This document shows positions 1-10,078 of a stretch of DNA of 64,000 nucleotides, one piece after another. Source of the DNA: Patescibacteria group bacterium. Lineage in GTDB: Bacteria; Patescibacteriota; JABMPQ01. The notes beneath the pieces were generated by a model that was not told where the DNA came from, did no database searches, and saw only the letters and a program-made list of their open reading frames with translations. The stretch is from NCBI GenBank assembly GCA_018818965.1, contig JAHJQX010000029.1:2982-66981 (forward strand), written 5' to 3'. Within the stretch, counting starts at the first letter, position 1; the number at the start of each line of letters is the position of its first letter. The translations under genes and the position numbers were made by a program.

Positions 1-192
1 TAAACCACAAGGTACTCCGATCACTATTTTAGCAACAGAATGCTCCTGACACAAATCTTTTAATGTAACAATGACTCTGTTTATTCCCTTATTCTCAAGC
101 GTCGCTAAAGTACTGGCGATTGTGCCAGTAGGATCTGAGATAGCTACCCCAATACGCTTATCGCCATAATCGAGGGCGAGAATTTTGGACAT
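1..192 (-). CDS. ruvX: Holliday junction resolvase-like RuvX/YqgF, N-terminal part (truncated by window edge)
   Basis: Reverse-strand translation MSKILALDYGDKRIGVAISDPTGTIASTLATL... matches the YqgF/RuvX N-terminus. ATG at 192 lies directly after the map stop. Confidence 0.6.
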   Translation of the reverse strand, partial: MSKILALDYGDKRIGVAISDPTGTIASTLATLENKGINRVIVTLKDLCQEHSVAKIVIGVPCGL

Positions 193-204
193 ATTAAATA
201 ATAT

Positions 205-963
205 TTATTTGCCATCTTGATATTTCGTCAAAATCTCATGCCCTTCTTCCGTTACCACCACCGTATGCTCAAAATGAGCCGACAAGCTTCCATCCTTCAT
301 CTTAAATGTCCAGCCATCAGTAGCTAGCTCGGTGGTGTGATCGCCAAGCGACAACATCGGTTCAATCGCTAATACCATCCCTACTTTTAACTCGGGACCA
401 TCGCCAGGATTACCAAAGTTGGGAATCTGAGGTGGCTCGTGTACCTTCCGCCCCACTCCGTGTCCAGTCAAATTACGTATTATTCCGTAACCACCAGACT
501 CAGCGTGTCGCCCTACGGCGGCCGAGATATCACCAATATGATTTCCGGGTTTGATTTGTTTAATACCGAGCTGTAAAGACTCAGCTGTGCTAGCCATTAA
601 TTTACTGGCCACGGAATCCACCTGGCCGATACCAACTGTCACTGCCATATCAGTAAAAAAACCTTGGTAAAGTAAGCCAAAATCTAAACCAACAATGTCC
701 CCGGTGTGTAATTTTTTCTCACCGGGCAACCCATGAACTATTTCTTCATTAACGGAAATGCATATATTGGCGGGAAAGCCATTGTAGCCCAAAAAAGAGG
801 GTTGGGCTTGCTGTTGACGAGCCAGCTGACCAGCCAAATCATCAATTTCCTTAGTAGTAATCCCGGAAACAGCAGCCGTTTTTAGTTTCTCCATAATCGC
901 CGCCAAGCGTTGTCCGCCCGCTCTAATTTTGGCTATTTCATCGGGAGATTTAATATCAATCAT
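205..963 (-). CDS. map: methionine aminopeptidase type I
   Basis: 252 aa with MAP metal-binding motifs (HG...D...D...H...E...E). Sits in the conserved position after adk. Confidence 0.9.
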   Translation of the reverse strand: MIDIKSPDEIAKIRAGGQRLAAIMEKLKTAAVSGITTKEIDDLAGQLARQQQAQPSFLGYNGFPANICISVNEEIVHGLPGEKKLHTGDIVGLDFGLLYQGFFTDMAVTVGIGQVDSVASKLMASTAESLQLGIKQIKPGNHIGDISAAVGRHAESGGYGIIRNLTGHGVGRKVHEPPQIPNFGNPGDGPELKVGMVLAIEPMLSLGDHTTELATDGWTFKMKDGSLSAHFEHTVVVTEEGHEILTKYQDGK

Positions 964-1035
964 AGGTGATTACAAAAAAAGCCATCCCCTCCCCTAATGA
1001 CTTCTGGTCTTATTAATATCAAACATTTTAACAAG

Positions 1036-1710
1036 CTATGACAAAAGCTTCTCTACTCGCGTGACTAATTCCTGATGAATTTCTTCAATATCGCGATTGC
1101 CGTCGATATTAACCAACACTCCTTGCTTCTGATATTCCGCGATGGCTGGCTCTACCTGCTCGTGCGCCCATTTCAGCCTGGCTTTTATTTTGGCCGGCGT
1201 ATCGTCCGAACGACGAATTATCTGACCGCCGCACTTAACACATTTTCCATCTTTCTTGATAGTTTTGCTAGCAATAAACACTGTCTTACAATTATCACAG
1301 ACTAATCTTTTGGACAGACGCTCCAAAACAGCTTCGTCAGACAGGGCAACATTAAAAACAGTTAAATGTTGACGCTTGGCCTTAGCCAGTAATTTAGTAA
1401 AATCGTGTACTTGCTGAACTGTCCGCGGATAACCATCAACAATTAGATTCTTCTCGTTAGGCACACTCAGGATCTTATTTTCCAGCAACTGATAAGTAAG
1501 CTGATCATCAAGCAACTTGCCCTCAACCATTACTACCTGGTGAACCTTTTTCCCCAGCTCTGTCTCCTTTTTAGCTTCTGCTCGAATAATTCCTCCCATT
1601 TCGATAAACTCAAAGCCAAACTTCTCACTCAATAGAACCGCTTGAGTACCCTTGCCAGAACCGGAAGGACCCATGAAAATAATAGTAAAAGCTTGGATAT
1701 TATTAGCCAT
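1036..1710 (-). CDS. adk: adenylate kinase with Zn-binding lid (CDNC...CVKC)
   Basis: GPSGSGKGTQA P-loop, LID-domain Cys4, order secY-adk-map. Confidence 0.9.
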   Translation of the reverse strand: MANNIQAFTIIFMGPSGSGKGTQAVLLSEKFGFEFIEMGGIIRAEAKKETELGKKVHQVVMVEGKLLDDQLTYQLLENKILSVPNEKNLIVDGYPRTVQQVHDFTKLLAKAKRQHLTVFNVALSDEAVLERLSKRLVCDNCKTVFIASKTIKKDGKCVKCGGQIIRRSDDTPAKIKARLKWAHEQVEPAIAEYQKQGVLVNIDGNRDIEEIHQELVTRVEKLLS

Positions 1711-1717
1711 TCTCTTT

Positions 1718-2998
1718 TTAATAAAACTTATCGTAATCCCTCATTACTACCTGCGATTCAATTTGCTTGACCGTCTCGATCACCACTGAGACCACAATTA
1801 GAATACCGGTACCACCAATCACCAAGGAAGGAATATCCAAAATGGCTCGCATAATAAACGGCAAGGTGGCGACCAAACCAAGGAATAACGCCCCAGTTAA
1901 AGTAATGCGACTCAGTGTCTTCTGTAAATACTCAGCGGTGTGGCGACCCGGTCGAATGCCAGGGACAAAGCCTCCCTGACGTTGGACATTTTCTGAGATT
2001 TGTTTAGGATCAAAAGTAACAGCCGTATAAAAATAGGTGAAGAGAACTACGAGAACAAAATAGAAAACGCCATAAAATAGCTGATTGTCGAAGAGGGCTA
2101 CTGTTTGTTGGGCAATCCGTCCAACCATTTCGTTCTGAGAATTAGCGAAAAAATTAGCCACCATTCCGGGTAGTAACATCACCGACATGGCAAAGATAAT
2201 GGGAATAACACCCGCCTGGTTGACCTTTAGAGGTAAGTGGCTGCTAGTACCGCCATACATCTTGTTACCGCGCACGCGTCGGGCAAAGGAGATAGGAATG
2301 TTGCGCTGTCCTTCCGTAATAAAAACAATCCCCGCGATAACCACGACAGCGATAATGCCAAAACCAATCAGGTCAACTAGTTTAGAAGAGTCAAAATTGA
2401 CAACAGTTTGTTGGATGGCTTGGGGGACAGCACTAACAATACCCGCAAAGATAATCAGTGAAATGCCGTTACCAATACCATGCTCAGTCATTAACTCGCC
2501 GATCCACATTAAAAATACTGTACCAGCAGTCATAATGGTGACCATGGTGATCAAATTAAACAAAGGAATATCTCCAATAATCCCTTGTCCTGAGCGCTGC
2601 AGGAGGGCAATCATACTATAAGACTGCAAAGCCGCCAACGGGATAGTGGCATAGCGGGTGATTTTATTGATTTTGGCTCGTCCCGCCTCCCCCTCTTCCT
2701 TTTGCAGTTTTTCTAGATACGGCACGACCATCACCAATAACTGCATAATAATTGAAGAAGTGATATAGGGACCGACGCCCAGAGCTACTACCGAGAAATT
2801 ATCCATCGCTCCTCCTGTAAACATGTTTAACAAACCCAGAATCTGATTAGACTCAAAAAACTTTTTCAGAACCGTGATATCCACGCCCGGTACTGGAATA
2901 TGGGCAGCCAAACGAAAAATCACTAACATCATTAGGACGTAAAATATCTTTTTACGTAAGTCCTTGATCTTAAAAATTTGAGTTATTTTTTCCAGCAT
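1718..2998 (-). CDS. secY: preprotein translocase subunit SecY
   Basis: 426-aa 10-TM protein with SecY signature, after rplO. Confidence 0.9.
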   Translation of the reverse strand: MLEKITQIFKIKDLRKKIFYVLMMLVIFRLAAHIPVPGVDITVLKKFFESNQILGLLNMFTGGAMDNFSVVALGVGPYITSSIIMQLLVMVVPYLEKLQKEEGEAGRAKINKITRYATIPLAALQSYSMIALLQRSGQGIIGDIPLFNLITMVTIMTAGTVFLMWIGELMTEHGIGNGISLIIFAGIVSAVPQAIQQTVVNFDSSKLVDLIGFGIIAVVVIAGIVFITEGQRNIPISFARRVRGNKMYGGTSSHLPLKVNQAGVIPIIFAMSVMLLPGMVANFFANSQNEMVGRIAQQTVALFDNQLFYGVFYFVLVVLFTYFYTAVTFDPKQISENVQRQGGFVPGIRPGRHTAEYLQKTLSRITLTGALFLGLVATLPFIMRAILDIPSLVIGGTGILIVVSVVIETVKQIESQVVMRDYDKFY

Positions 2999-3016
2999 GA
3001 ATATTGGGATCGTCGA

Positions 3017-3511
3017 CTATTTATCTTTAGAGGGCTGAGTATTCTCGGCTGCAGTTGGCTGTTCTGTTTTTTTAACGATTACTTTCCCGCCGGCCTTTTC
3101 AATCGCCTTTTTTGCTCCCGCTGAACAAGCATCAATAATAATTTCAAACTTTTTAGTAATTTGGCCGTTACCTAGTAATTTGGCTGGGCTTTTGACAGAC
3201 TTAATTAGCCCGGCGACAGCTAATTTTTTCTTATCAACTTTACCAGCTTTAGTGAACTTACTTTCTAACTTACCGACATTAACAATCTCCCAAGTAGGCT
3301 TGAGACTGCGGAAACCTCGCTTCTTCGGTATTAATTTGACTAAAGGAGTACGACCCCCCTCAAAGCCAGGGTAGAAGCTGGCGCCGCTACGAGATTTCTG
3401 CCCCTTCATTCCCCGGGTAGCGTAAGTACCACCCTGCGCCGCATTGCCCCGACCAACTCTTTTTCTCTTTTTCTTCGCTCCCACAGCTGGTTTTAATTCG
3501 TGTATTTTCAT
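3017..3511 (-). CDS. rplO: 50S ribosomal protein L15 (C-terminally extended)
   Basis: KRVGRGNAAQGGTYATRGMKGQKSR Gly/Arg-rich L15 N-terminus. Confidence 0.85.
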   Translation of the reverse strand: MKIHELKPAVGAKKKRKRVGRGNAAQGGTYATRGMKGQKSRSGASFYPGFEGGRTPLVKLIPKKRGFRSLKPTWEIVNVGKLESKFTKAGKVDKKKLAVAGLIKSVKSPAKLLGNGQITKKFEIIIDACSAGAKKAIEKAGGKVIVKKTEQPTAAENTQPSKDK

Positions 3512-3523
3512 GGCTAACTAAAA

Positions 3524-4069
3524 TTAAACTTGCAATATCCTAACTAAAGCCTCACCAAAATCGGCGGCCGCTTCCGGGCCATCAGCCGTAATTACTTTCC
3601 CATCCGTTACCACTGGCTGATCAACAAACTCGGCTCCGCCGGCTTGGAGGATCTCTACCCCACTCCGATCAGTGGCAGAAGCCCAGACAGTTGCTTTCTT
3701 ACCTGACAAAACGCCTGCCTTGGCCAATACTTGTGGCGCCATACAAATTGCTCCGAGTACTACCCCGGCTTGAGCAGCTTCTTTGATTACCCGATGAGCA
3801 TCATTACTATTAACATATTCAACTGTTCCCGGACCACCGATAAAGATGGCGGCTTGGTAGCCAGTAACATCAACCTCGTTTATTAAAACACTAACTCTGG
3901 TCTCCCCGCCAAATTTACCGCGCGCTGTTCCCAGGGAAGAACTAGCTGTTTCCAGCTTGGCTCCCGCTGAACGCAACACCTTTTTAGTCCCTTTCAATTC
4001 TAAATCCTGGTAGTCATTGTAGGCTACGACGATGAGGATTTTTTTATCTTTGAGCGGTTTGTCAGTCAT
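3524..4069 (-). CDS. DJ-1/PfpI family protein inserted between rpsE and rplO
   Basis: ILIVVAYNDYQDLE..., nucleophile-elbow GAICMAP motif. Occupies the slot where rpmD (L30) normally lies. Confidence 0.75.
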   Translation of the reverse strand: MTDKPLKDKKILIVVAYNDYQDLELKGTKKVLRSAGAKLETASSSLGTARGKFGGETRVSVLINEVDVTGYQAAIFIGGPGTVEYVNSNDAHRVIKEAAQAGVVLGAICMAPQVLAKAGVLSGKKATVWASATDRSGVEILQAGGAEFVDQPVVTDGKVITADGPEAAADFGEALVRILQV

Positions 4070-4120
4070 ATGTTGTTAGGTGGTAGGAACTGTATGCTAT
4101 TCTCGACTCTAAAACCTGCT

Positions 4121-4678
4121 TTATTTACTTTTTTCTGCTAATTTTTTCTCCACCTGACCTGCTTCACTTTTACTGTCATCTTTTTTCTTCACCATTTTCC
4201 CCCGTCGCTGATAAATCTGCTCCTTGGTTTGCAACAGCTCGAGAGCTTTAATAGTAGCCTGAACGTTATTGGGTTTATTACTTGATCCTTGGATTTTACT
4301 AAGAATGTTTCTAATACCAGCTAATTCGACTACTGCTCGCACCGCTCCTCCCGCAATTATGCCTGTACCCTTACGCGCTGGCTTAAGGAAGACTTGCGCG
4401 CCTCGATATTTTACTTTTATCTCGTGCGGAATAGTATCATCAACAATGGGGACTGTGATCATTTTCTTCTTGGCTAAGGTAACCGCCTTGGTGATGGCAC
4501 TGGATACATCCCCGGCTTTGCCAATGCCCGCTCCGACCTTTCCCTTTTGGTTGCCTATTACCACTGTGGCGCGAAAGCGAAAACGCCGCCCACCAGCTAC
4601 GATCCGAACAACCCGAGCTACATCTACCAATTTTTGTTCAAATTCAGGTTTTTCTCTTCTATTAAACCTTTTTCTCAT
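4121..4678 (-). CDS. rpsE: 30S ribosomal protein S5 with Lys-rich C-terminal tail
   Basis: VVRIVAGGRRFRFRATVVIGNQKGKVGAGIGKA signature. Confidence 0.9.
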   Translation of the reverse strand: MRKRFNRREKPEFEQKLVDVARVVRIVAGGRRFRFRATVVIGNQKGKVGAGIGKAGDVSSAITKAVTLAKKKMITVPIVDDTIPHEIKVKYRGAQVFLKPARKGTGIIAGGAVRAVVELAGIRNILSKIQGSSNKPNNVQATIKALELLQTKEQIYQRRGKMVKKKDDSKSEAGQVEKKLAEKSK

Positions 4679-4689
4679 TACCAGTTAAC

Positions 4690-5058
4690 TTAAAATTTTA
4701 ATTTACCTTTACGGGCACCATCTGCTACCGCTTTGACTAGACCATGATATTTAAAACCGCCCCGGTCAAAAACTACTTGCTTAATCTTATTCTTGTCAGC
4801 TTTGGCAGCAATCAACTCGCCCACAGCTGTAGCGTCCTTAAGATTGGCACTCTTGGTGACATCAGACTTAGCTTGCTTTTTTAACTCGACATCAGAAACT
4901 GCTGCTAGCGTTTTCCCCTGCTCGTCATCAATCAACTGCGCATAGACGTGACGATTGCTTTTAAAAACACAAAGGCGGGGACGCTTTTTGGTACCCTGTA
5001 GGCGCTGACGTATCTGATGATGCCGTCGCTGGCGAGTGATGCTTTTTTTAATATTCAT
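4690..5058 (-). CDS. rplR: 50S ribosomal protein L18
   Basis: L18 fold signature (RLCVFKSNRHVYAQLIDD), operon position. Confidence 0.85.
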   Translation of the reverse strand: MNIKKSITRQRRHHQIRQRLQGTKKRPRLCVFKSNRHVYAQLIDDEQGKTLAAVSDVELKKQAKSDVTKSANLKDATAVGELIAAKADKNKIKQVVFDRGGFKYHGLVKAVADGARKGKLKF

Positions 5059-5081
5059 AAAATAATCTAACTTATTTTCGA

Positions 5082-5642
5082 CTAAGCCGCGCCTTCATTG
5101 GCAACTGCTTTCTTGCCAACTTTGCGCCGCACGTGCTCATCAATATGTTTAATACCCTTACCTTTATAAGGCTCAGGAGTTCGTACTGCCCGGACATTAG
5201 CAGCTATCTGACCGACTAATTCTTTGTCTATCCCGGTCACTGAAATAATATTTTTCTCTACTTTGAACTCTATCCCCTCTGGAGCTTCAATCTCGACCGG
5301 GTGAGAATAACCCATTTTGAGCGTCAACTTACGACCACTAGCTTGAGCAGAATAGCCTACTCCGTTTATTTCCAGTTTTTTGGTAAAACCCTTGCTCACT
5401 CCCTCAATCAGGTTACGGATAAGAGCACTAGTGGTACCCCACATAGCATTAGTTTCTTGATCAACATTATTTTCGTCCTTAGTAGTAATGGTCAAAGTTT
5501 TATCTTCTACCTTAACAACAAGACGGGGATCAAGCGTCTGCTCTAATTGTCCCGCTTGACCTTTACAAGTAATTTTATCGGCAGTGACCTGGACTTCGAC
5601 CCCTTCCGAAATTTTGATTGTTTTTTTACCTATCCGTGACAT
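5082..5642 (-). CDS. rplF: 50S ribosomal protein L6
   Basis: MSRIGKKTIKI..., two-domain L6. Confidence 0.9.
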   Translation of the reverse strand: MSRIGKKTIKISEGVEVQVTADKITCKGQAGQLEQTLDPRLVVKVEDKTLTITTKDENNVDQETNAMWGTTSALIRNLIEGVSKGFTKKLEINGVGYSAQASGRKLTLKMGYSHPVEIEAPEGIEFKVEKNIISVTGIDKELVGQIAANVRAVRTPEPYKGKGIKHIDEHVRRKVGKKAVANEGAA

Positions 5643-5652
5643 AGATAATTCA

Positions 5653-6048
5653 TTAATAAACTTCGCATAATATTTCTCCCCCTAGTCCGGCACGACGAGC
5701 TTCCTGATCGGTCATCAAACCCTTAGAAGTAGAAACAATCACAATACCCATTCCTTGTAAAATACGAGGCAACTTCCCTTTCTGACAATAAACCCGACAA
5801 CCTGGTTTACTAATTCTCTTGATTTTCTTAATGATTGGCTGGTCATTTTCATCGTACTTGAGCTGGATTTTAATCAGCTTGTTTTCTTCCGGCTGTTTGA
5901 ACTCTTTGCTCTGTTTGACATAGCCCTCGCGTTCTAATATTTTCCCCACTTCCAATTTGACCTTAGAATAGGGCATTAAAACACTAGGCTGCTTTACAGC
6001 TTGAGCATTTCTTATTCTGGTTAACATGTCTGCAATAGGATCTGTCAT
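5653..6048 (-). CDS. rpsH: 30S ribosomal protein S8
   Basis: MTDPIADMLTRIRNA... canonical S8 start. Confidence 0.9.
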   Translation of the reverse strand: MTDPIADMLTRIRNAQAVKQPSVLMPYSKVKLEVGKILEREGYVKQSKEFKQPEENKLIKIQLKYDENDQPIIKKIKRISKPGCRVYCQKGKLPRILQGMGIVIVSTSKGLMTDQEARRAGLGGEILCEVY

Positions 6049-6066
6049 AATAAATTCAATAAATTA

Positions 6067-6252
6067 TTACCAACTAGATTTTTTAATCCCAGGCACCTGT
6101 CCCTTATTAGCCAATTCCCGGAAACAAATTCGACAAATCTGGAACTGACGCATATATCCCCGCTTGCGACCACAAAGCTCACAACGTCTCACTATACGTG
6201 TAGAATATTTCGGTTTTCTCTTTGCCTTAGCAATTAGTGATTTTTTTGCCAT
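6067..6252 (-). CDS. rpsZ: 30S ribosomal protein S14 type Z (zinc-binding)
   Basis: 61 aa, [10 protein letters not shown]...CRICFRE Cys4. Confidence 0.9.
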   Translation of the reverse strand: MAKKSLIAKAKRKPKYSTRIVRRCELCGRKRGYMRQFQICRICFRELANKGQVPGIKKSSW

Positions 6253-6794
6253 TATTTCTCTTTAAAAGGAAAGCCTAATAATTTCAACAGGGCGCGAGCC
6301 GCCTGATCATCCTTAGCACTGGTAGTAATACAAATTTCTAACCCGTGCACTTCTTCGACCTCGTCAGTTCTCACTTCCGAAAAAACAATTTGCTCTTTAA
6401 ACCCAATATTATAATTACCTTGTCCATCAAAACTTTTAATCGACAGTCCTCGAAAATCACGGACTCGGGGCAAAGTAATACTGATCAACCTATCCAAGAA
6501 ATCATACATTTTCGTCCCACGTAAAGTTACTTTCAATCCTACTAATTGGTTCTCTTTAACCCCAAAGCCAGAGATGGCTTGCCGACTGTATGTTTTTACC
6601 GGAGCTTGACCCGATATACGCTTTACATTATCAATCGCATTATCTATGTTTTTCTTATTTTTAACAATTGACCCCACCCCTACATTAATCGTCACCTTCT
6701 CAACACGAGGTACTGCCAAGTCATTATCAATCTCGAGCTCTTGCTTGAGCTGAGGAACTATTTTTTCTTTGTATAGTTTAAATAAACGGGACAT
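6252..6794 (-). CDS. rplE: 50S ribosomal protein L5
   Basis: 180 aa L5, operon position. Confidence 0.9.
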   Translation of the reverse strand: MSRLFKLYKEKIVPQLKQELEIDNDLAVPRVEKVTINVGVGSIVKNKKNIDNAIDNVKRISGQAPVKTYSRQAISGFGVKENQLVGLKVTLRGTKMYDFLDRLISITLPRVRDFRGLSIKSFDGQGNYNIGFKEQIVFSEVRTDEVEEVHGLEICITTSAKDDQAARALLKLLGFPFKEK

Positions 6795-6808
6795 TTGTAT
6801 ATATTACT

Positions 6809-7123
6809 TTAATCGACTGCTTCTTGACATTTGCGGCAAATTCTTTGCTTGGTCTTGTTGTCTTTGCCTAATTTACGACCGATCCGGGCTGGCTGATTAC
6901 ACTTGGGACAAACTAAAATTACGTTAGAGACTGATACGGGGGCAAAAAACTCTATTTTCTGTCCTTTCTCTCCTTCACGTTTTGGCTTAACGTGACGATA
7001 CGTCTTATTTACACCCTCTACTATTACCTTATTGTTAGATAATAAAACCTGAGTAATTTTTCCTTTTTTACCCCGATCCTTGCCTGATATTACTAATACG
7101 TTATCACCTTTTTTAACTTTCAT
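6809..7123 (-). CDS. rplX: 50S ribosomal protein L24 with C-terminal CxxC...CxxC zinc ribbon
   Basis: MKVKKGDNVLVISGKDRGKKG KOW motif. C-terminal CPKCNQ...CRKCQ. Confidence 0.85.
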   Translation of the reverse strand: MKVKKGDNVLVISGKDRGKKGKITQVLLSNNKVIVEGVNKTYRHVKPKREGEKGQKIEFFAPVSVSNVILVCPKCNQPARIGRKLGKDNKTKQRICRKCQEAVD

Positions 7124-7489
7124 CTATAATACCTCCGATGCTAAAGAAACTATTTTATTAAAACCTTTATCCTTAAGCTCACGAGCTACTGGTCCAAAAA
7201 TGCGGGAGCCCCGCGGATTTTCACCTTCTATAATCACCGCTGCATTTTCATCAAAACTCACAATCACCCCGCTAGGTCGCTGTAAATTTTTTTTCTGTCT
7301 GACTAAAACTGCCTGGACGATCTCCTTTTTCTTGACTATACCTCCGGGATTAACTTCTTTGACTGAAGCAGTAAAAATATCACCGACCTGGGCGTAATTC
7401 GGTCGGCCACCACCCAACACCCGAATACACTCAATTATCTTGGCTCCGGTATTATCAGCAACTTTAATTTTCGATTTATTCTGGATCAC
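7124..7489 (-). CDS. rplN: 50S ribosomal protein L14
   Basis: [17 protein letters not shown]... Confidence 0.9.
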   Translation of the reverse strand: MIQNKSKIKVADNTGAKIIECIRVLGGGRPNYAQVGDIFTASVKEVNPGGIVKKKEIVQAVLVRQKKNLQRPSGVIVSFDENAAVIIEGENPRGSRIFGPVARELKDKGFNKIVSLASEVL

Positions 7490-7499
7490 AATTTATATC

Positions 7500-7763
7500 T
7501 TAAATTTTCTTTGTCACCCGCCACCGCTTATCCTTACTAAGCGGCCGGCAAGCTTTTATTTCTACCCGATCACTAACCTGATATTCATTTTTAGCATCAT
7601 GAGCTTTATATTTACGACTAACACGGTACTGTTTACCATATTTAGGATGGGTTTTTATCCGCTGGACTTCTACCGCTACAGTTTTGTCATTCTTATCACT
7701 TACCACTACTCCCACCAGGGTTCTGATCTTGACTGCTTTTTTTGTCGTTGATTGCTTAGTCAT
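7500..7763 (-). CDS. rpsQ: 30S ribosomal protein S17
   Basis: 87 aa, S17 OB-fold motif. Confidence 0.9.
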   Translation of the reverse strand: MTKQSTTKKAVKIRTLVGVVVSDKNDKTVAVEVQRIKTHPKYGKQYRVSRKYKAHDAKNEYQVSDRVEIKACRPLSKDKRWRVTKKI

Positions 7764-7788
7764 AAATATTTAATCACTTTTGAGCCAA

Positions 7789-7989
7789 CTAGGCTACTTT
7801 AGCTAAATCCTGCTTTTTTAAAACCGTTAATATCCGAGCAATATCCTTCTTAATCCTGGACACATCCTTAAAATTCTTGTGCTGCTTAGAAGCAACGGAA
7901 AACTTAATCTCTCGTAGTTTATCTCTCCGCTCAGCTAATAACTGGTGCAGCTCCTGGCTATCTTTATTCTTAATTTCACTTATCTTCAT
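7789..7989 (-). CDS. rpmC: 50S ribosomal protein L29
   Basis: 66-aa helical protein between rplP and rpsQ. Confidence 0.8.
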   Translation of the reverse strand: MKISEIKNKDSQELHQLLAERRDKLREIKFSVASKQHKNFKDVSRIKKDIARILTVLKKQDLAKVA

Positions 7990-8402
7990 GATTCGCTACT
8001 AACTAATTTAGTCTTAATAGGCATTTTATGGGCTGCCAAACGCATAGCCTCGCGGGCAATTTCAGCTTCCACCCCGTCCATTTCGAAAATGATCCGACCC
8101 GGTTTAACAGGCACTACAAAATGATCTACCGCTCCTTTTCCTTTACCCATCGGTACTTCCAAGCCTTTTTTAGTAATCGGTTTATCGGGAAAAACTCGAA
8201 TCCATATTTTACCTCCGCGTTGGACGAAACGGGTCATGGCTCGGCGGGCAGCCTCAATCTGGCGGGAAGTAATCCATTTCGCCTCCATCGCCTTGAGGCC
8301 AAAAGAGCCAAAAGCTAGCTGATTACCTTTATGAGCAATCCCCAGACCGCGCTTTCTCCCTTTTTGCCATTTACGGTGTTTTACTTTTTTAGGCATTAAC
8401 AT
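7986..8402 (-). CDS. rplP: 50S ribosomal protein L16
   Basis: [11 protein letters not shown]... Confidence 0.9.
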   Translation of the reverse strand: MLMPKKVKHRKWQKGRKRGLGIAHKGNQLAFGSFGLKAMEAKWITSRQIEAARRAMTRFVQRGGKIWIRVFPDKPITKKGLEVPMGKGKGAVDHFVVPVKPGRIIFEMDGVEAEIAREAMRLAAHKMPIKTKLVSSES

Positions 8403-8411
8403 ATATCTGTA

Positions 8412-9086
8412 CTAATTCTTAGCTGCTTCAGACTGCGCGGTAGCTTTTTTACCAAAAATATCACCTTTATAAACCCAAACTTTAATCCCAACCACTCCAT
8501 AAGTAGTATTAGCTTCGTACCGAATAAAATCAATATCAGCCCGCAGAGTGTGCAAGGGCATGCGACCTTCTGCTAACCACTCGCGCCGTGACATGTCTGC
8601 TCCATCCAAACGACCAGCGACCATCACTTTAATACCTTTAGCTTGTGAAGACTTGAGAGCACGATCGACAGCTTGCTTCATCACCCGCCGAAAAGATACT
8701 CTCTTCTCTAGTTGCTCCGCCATTGACTGAGCGATAACAGCTGCATCTGATTCCGCGTCTTTTATTTCGTGAATATTAATATTAATCTTGCTGGGATAAG
8801 TAACAATTTTACTAACATGTTTTTTCAATTCTTCTATGCCTGCTCCCCCCCGGCCGATAATAATACCAGGGCGAGAGGAGTAAATATTTAGAGTGACGGC
8901 TCGTGGCGATCGTTCAATATCTACTCGGGCGACTGAAGCTGTCTTGAGCTTATCTAAAACTAATTCCCGAATTTTTAGATCACTGATAAAATTATCACGA
9001 TATTTTTTCTTTTCAGAAAACCAACGTGAGTGCCAGCCTTTAACGCCACCGAGACGAAAACCAATTGGACTTACTTTCTGTGCCAT
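8412..9086 (-). CDS. rpsC: 30S ribosomal protein S3
   Basis: MAQKVSPIGFRLG..., KH domain. Confidence 0.9.
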   Translation of the reverse strand: MAQKVSPIGFRLGGVKGWHSRWFSEKKKYRDNFISDLKIRELVLDKLKTASVARVDIERSPRAVTLNIYSSRPGIIIGRGGAGIEELKKHVSKIVTYPSKININIHEIKDAESDAAVIAQSMAEQLEKRVSFRRVMKQAVDRALKSSQAKGIKVMVAGRLDGADMSRREWLAEGRMPLHTLRADIDFIRYEANTTYGVVGIKVWVYKGDIFGKKATAQSEAAKN

Positions 9087-9102
9087 AAGAAACGTATTAT
9101 CA

Positions 9103-9669
9103 CTAGACGCTTTTGCGTCTAAACATTTTATTTAATAAACTTGATCGATTAGTATCCTTGCCTTTTTTCGGACCTTGGCCTGAAACTTGCGGTCCTCGGC
9201 CGAGCGGTGGTTTGCTACCTGTCTGCTTTTTATCCGATTTGTCCTGATCTGATTTAGCTTGTTTAGATTTGGTGGCTGGATCAACAGGTTTCTGTAAACT
9301 AGTAGTTTTCTTCTGTCCCTTACTCTTCATACCTTTTACTTTCTCCTCCAAGACTATCGTGACGTGGGTTGATCTTTTCATTATGGGGAAAGCTCGCCCG
9401 TGCGCCCGCGGTCGCCAACGTTTCATAGTAGGGCCTTCGTTAACCAAAATCTCAGCTACGCGTAAATTATCTTCCACCATGTCAAAATCATGTAGAGCGG
9501 TAGCTATTGCCGAATTAAGTAATTTCCGTAAAGGACGAGCCGCTCCCTTCGTTGCAAAACGCAGCTGTTTGGTCGCTTCAACCACATCTAAGCCTCTAAC
9601 TAAGCCTGCGACCAGATTAACTTTGCGTGGGGCAATATGTAGATTTCTCAAGTGAACTTTAACAGCCAT
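9103..9669 (-). CDS. rplV: 50S ribosomal protein L22 with ~80-aa Lys-rich C-terminal extension
   Basis: L22 core (AVKVHLRNLHIAPRK...) plus low-complexity tail. Confidence 0.85.
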   Translation of the reverse strand: MAVKVHLRNLHIAPRKVNLVAGLVRGLDVVEATKQLRFATKGAARPLRKLLNSAIATALHDFDMVEDNLRVAEILVNEGPTMKRWRPRAHGRAFPIMKRSTHVTIVLEEKVKGMKSKGQKKTTSLQKPVDPATKSKQAKSDQDKSDKKQTGSKPPLGRGPQVSGQGPKKGKDTNRSSLLNKMFRRKSV

Positions 9670-9689
9670 CGGAATAATAATTAACTACT

Positions 9690-10064
9690 TTATGATTCAT
9701 CGCCAGCAGCTGGCTTGGCAGCTGCTTGGTCGGCACTAGTTTCATCCGTTGCTGCCGCTACTTTAGCTTTTTCTGCTTCAACCACGGCGGCAGCCTCTTC
9801 ACGGGCAATTCGACCACCATGGACCACAAACTTCCGTGTGGGGGAAAATTCTCCCAACTTATGACCGACCATATCCTCTGTCATAAAAACTGGTACGTGC
9901 TCCCTACCATTGTGTACACCAACAGTGAACCCAACCATTTCCGGAAAAATCGTTGATTGACGTGACCAAGTTTTGATAACTCTCTTATCCCCAGGTCTGG
10001 CTGCCTTAATTTTCTTAAGTAGCTTCGGATCACACCAGGGACCTTTTTTTAGACTTCTTGCCAT
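9690..10064 (-). CDS. rpsS: 30S ribosomal protein S19 with Ala/Glu-rich C-terminal extension
   Basis: [12 protein letters not shown]... canonical S19. Confidence 0.9.
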   Translation of the reverse strand: MARSLKKGPWCDPKLLKKIKAARPGDKRVIKTWSRQSTIFPEMVGFTVGVHNGREHVPVFMTEDMVGHKLGEFSPTRKFVVHGGRIAREEAAAVVEAEKAKVAAATDETSADQAAAKPAAGDES

Positions 10065-10078
10065 TATATCCTAAATAA

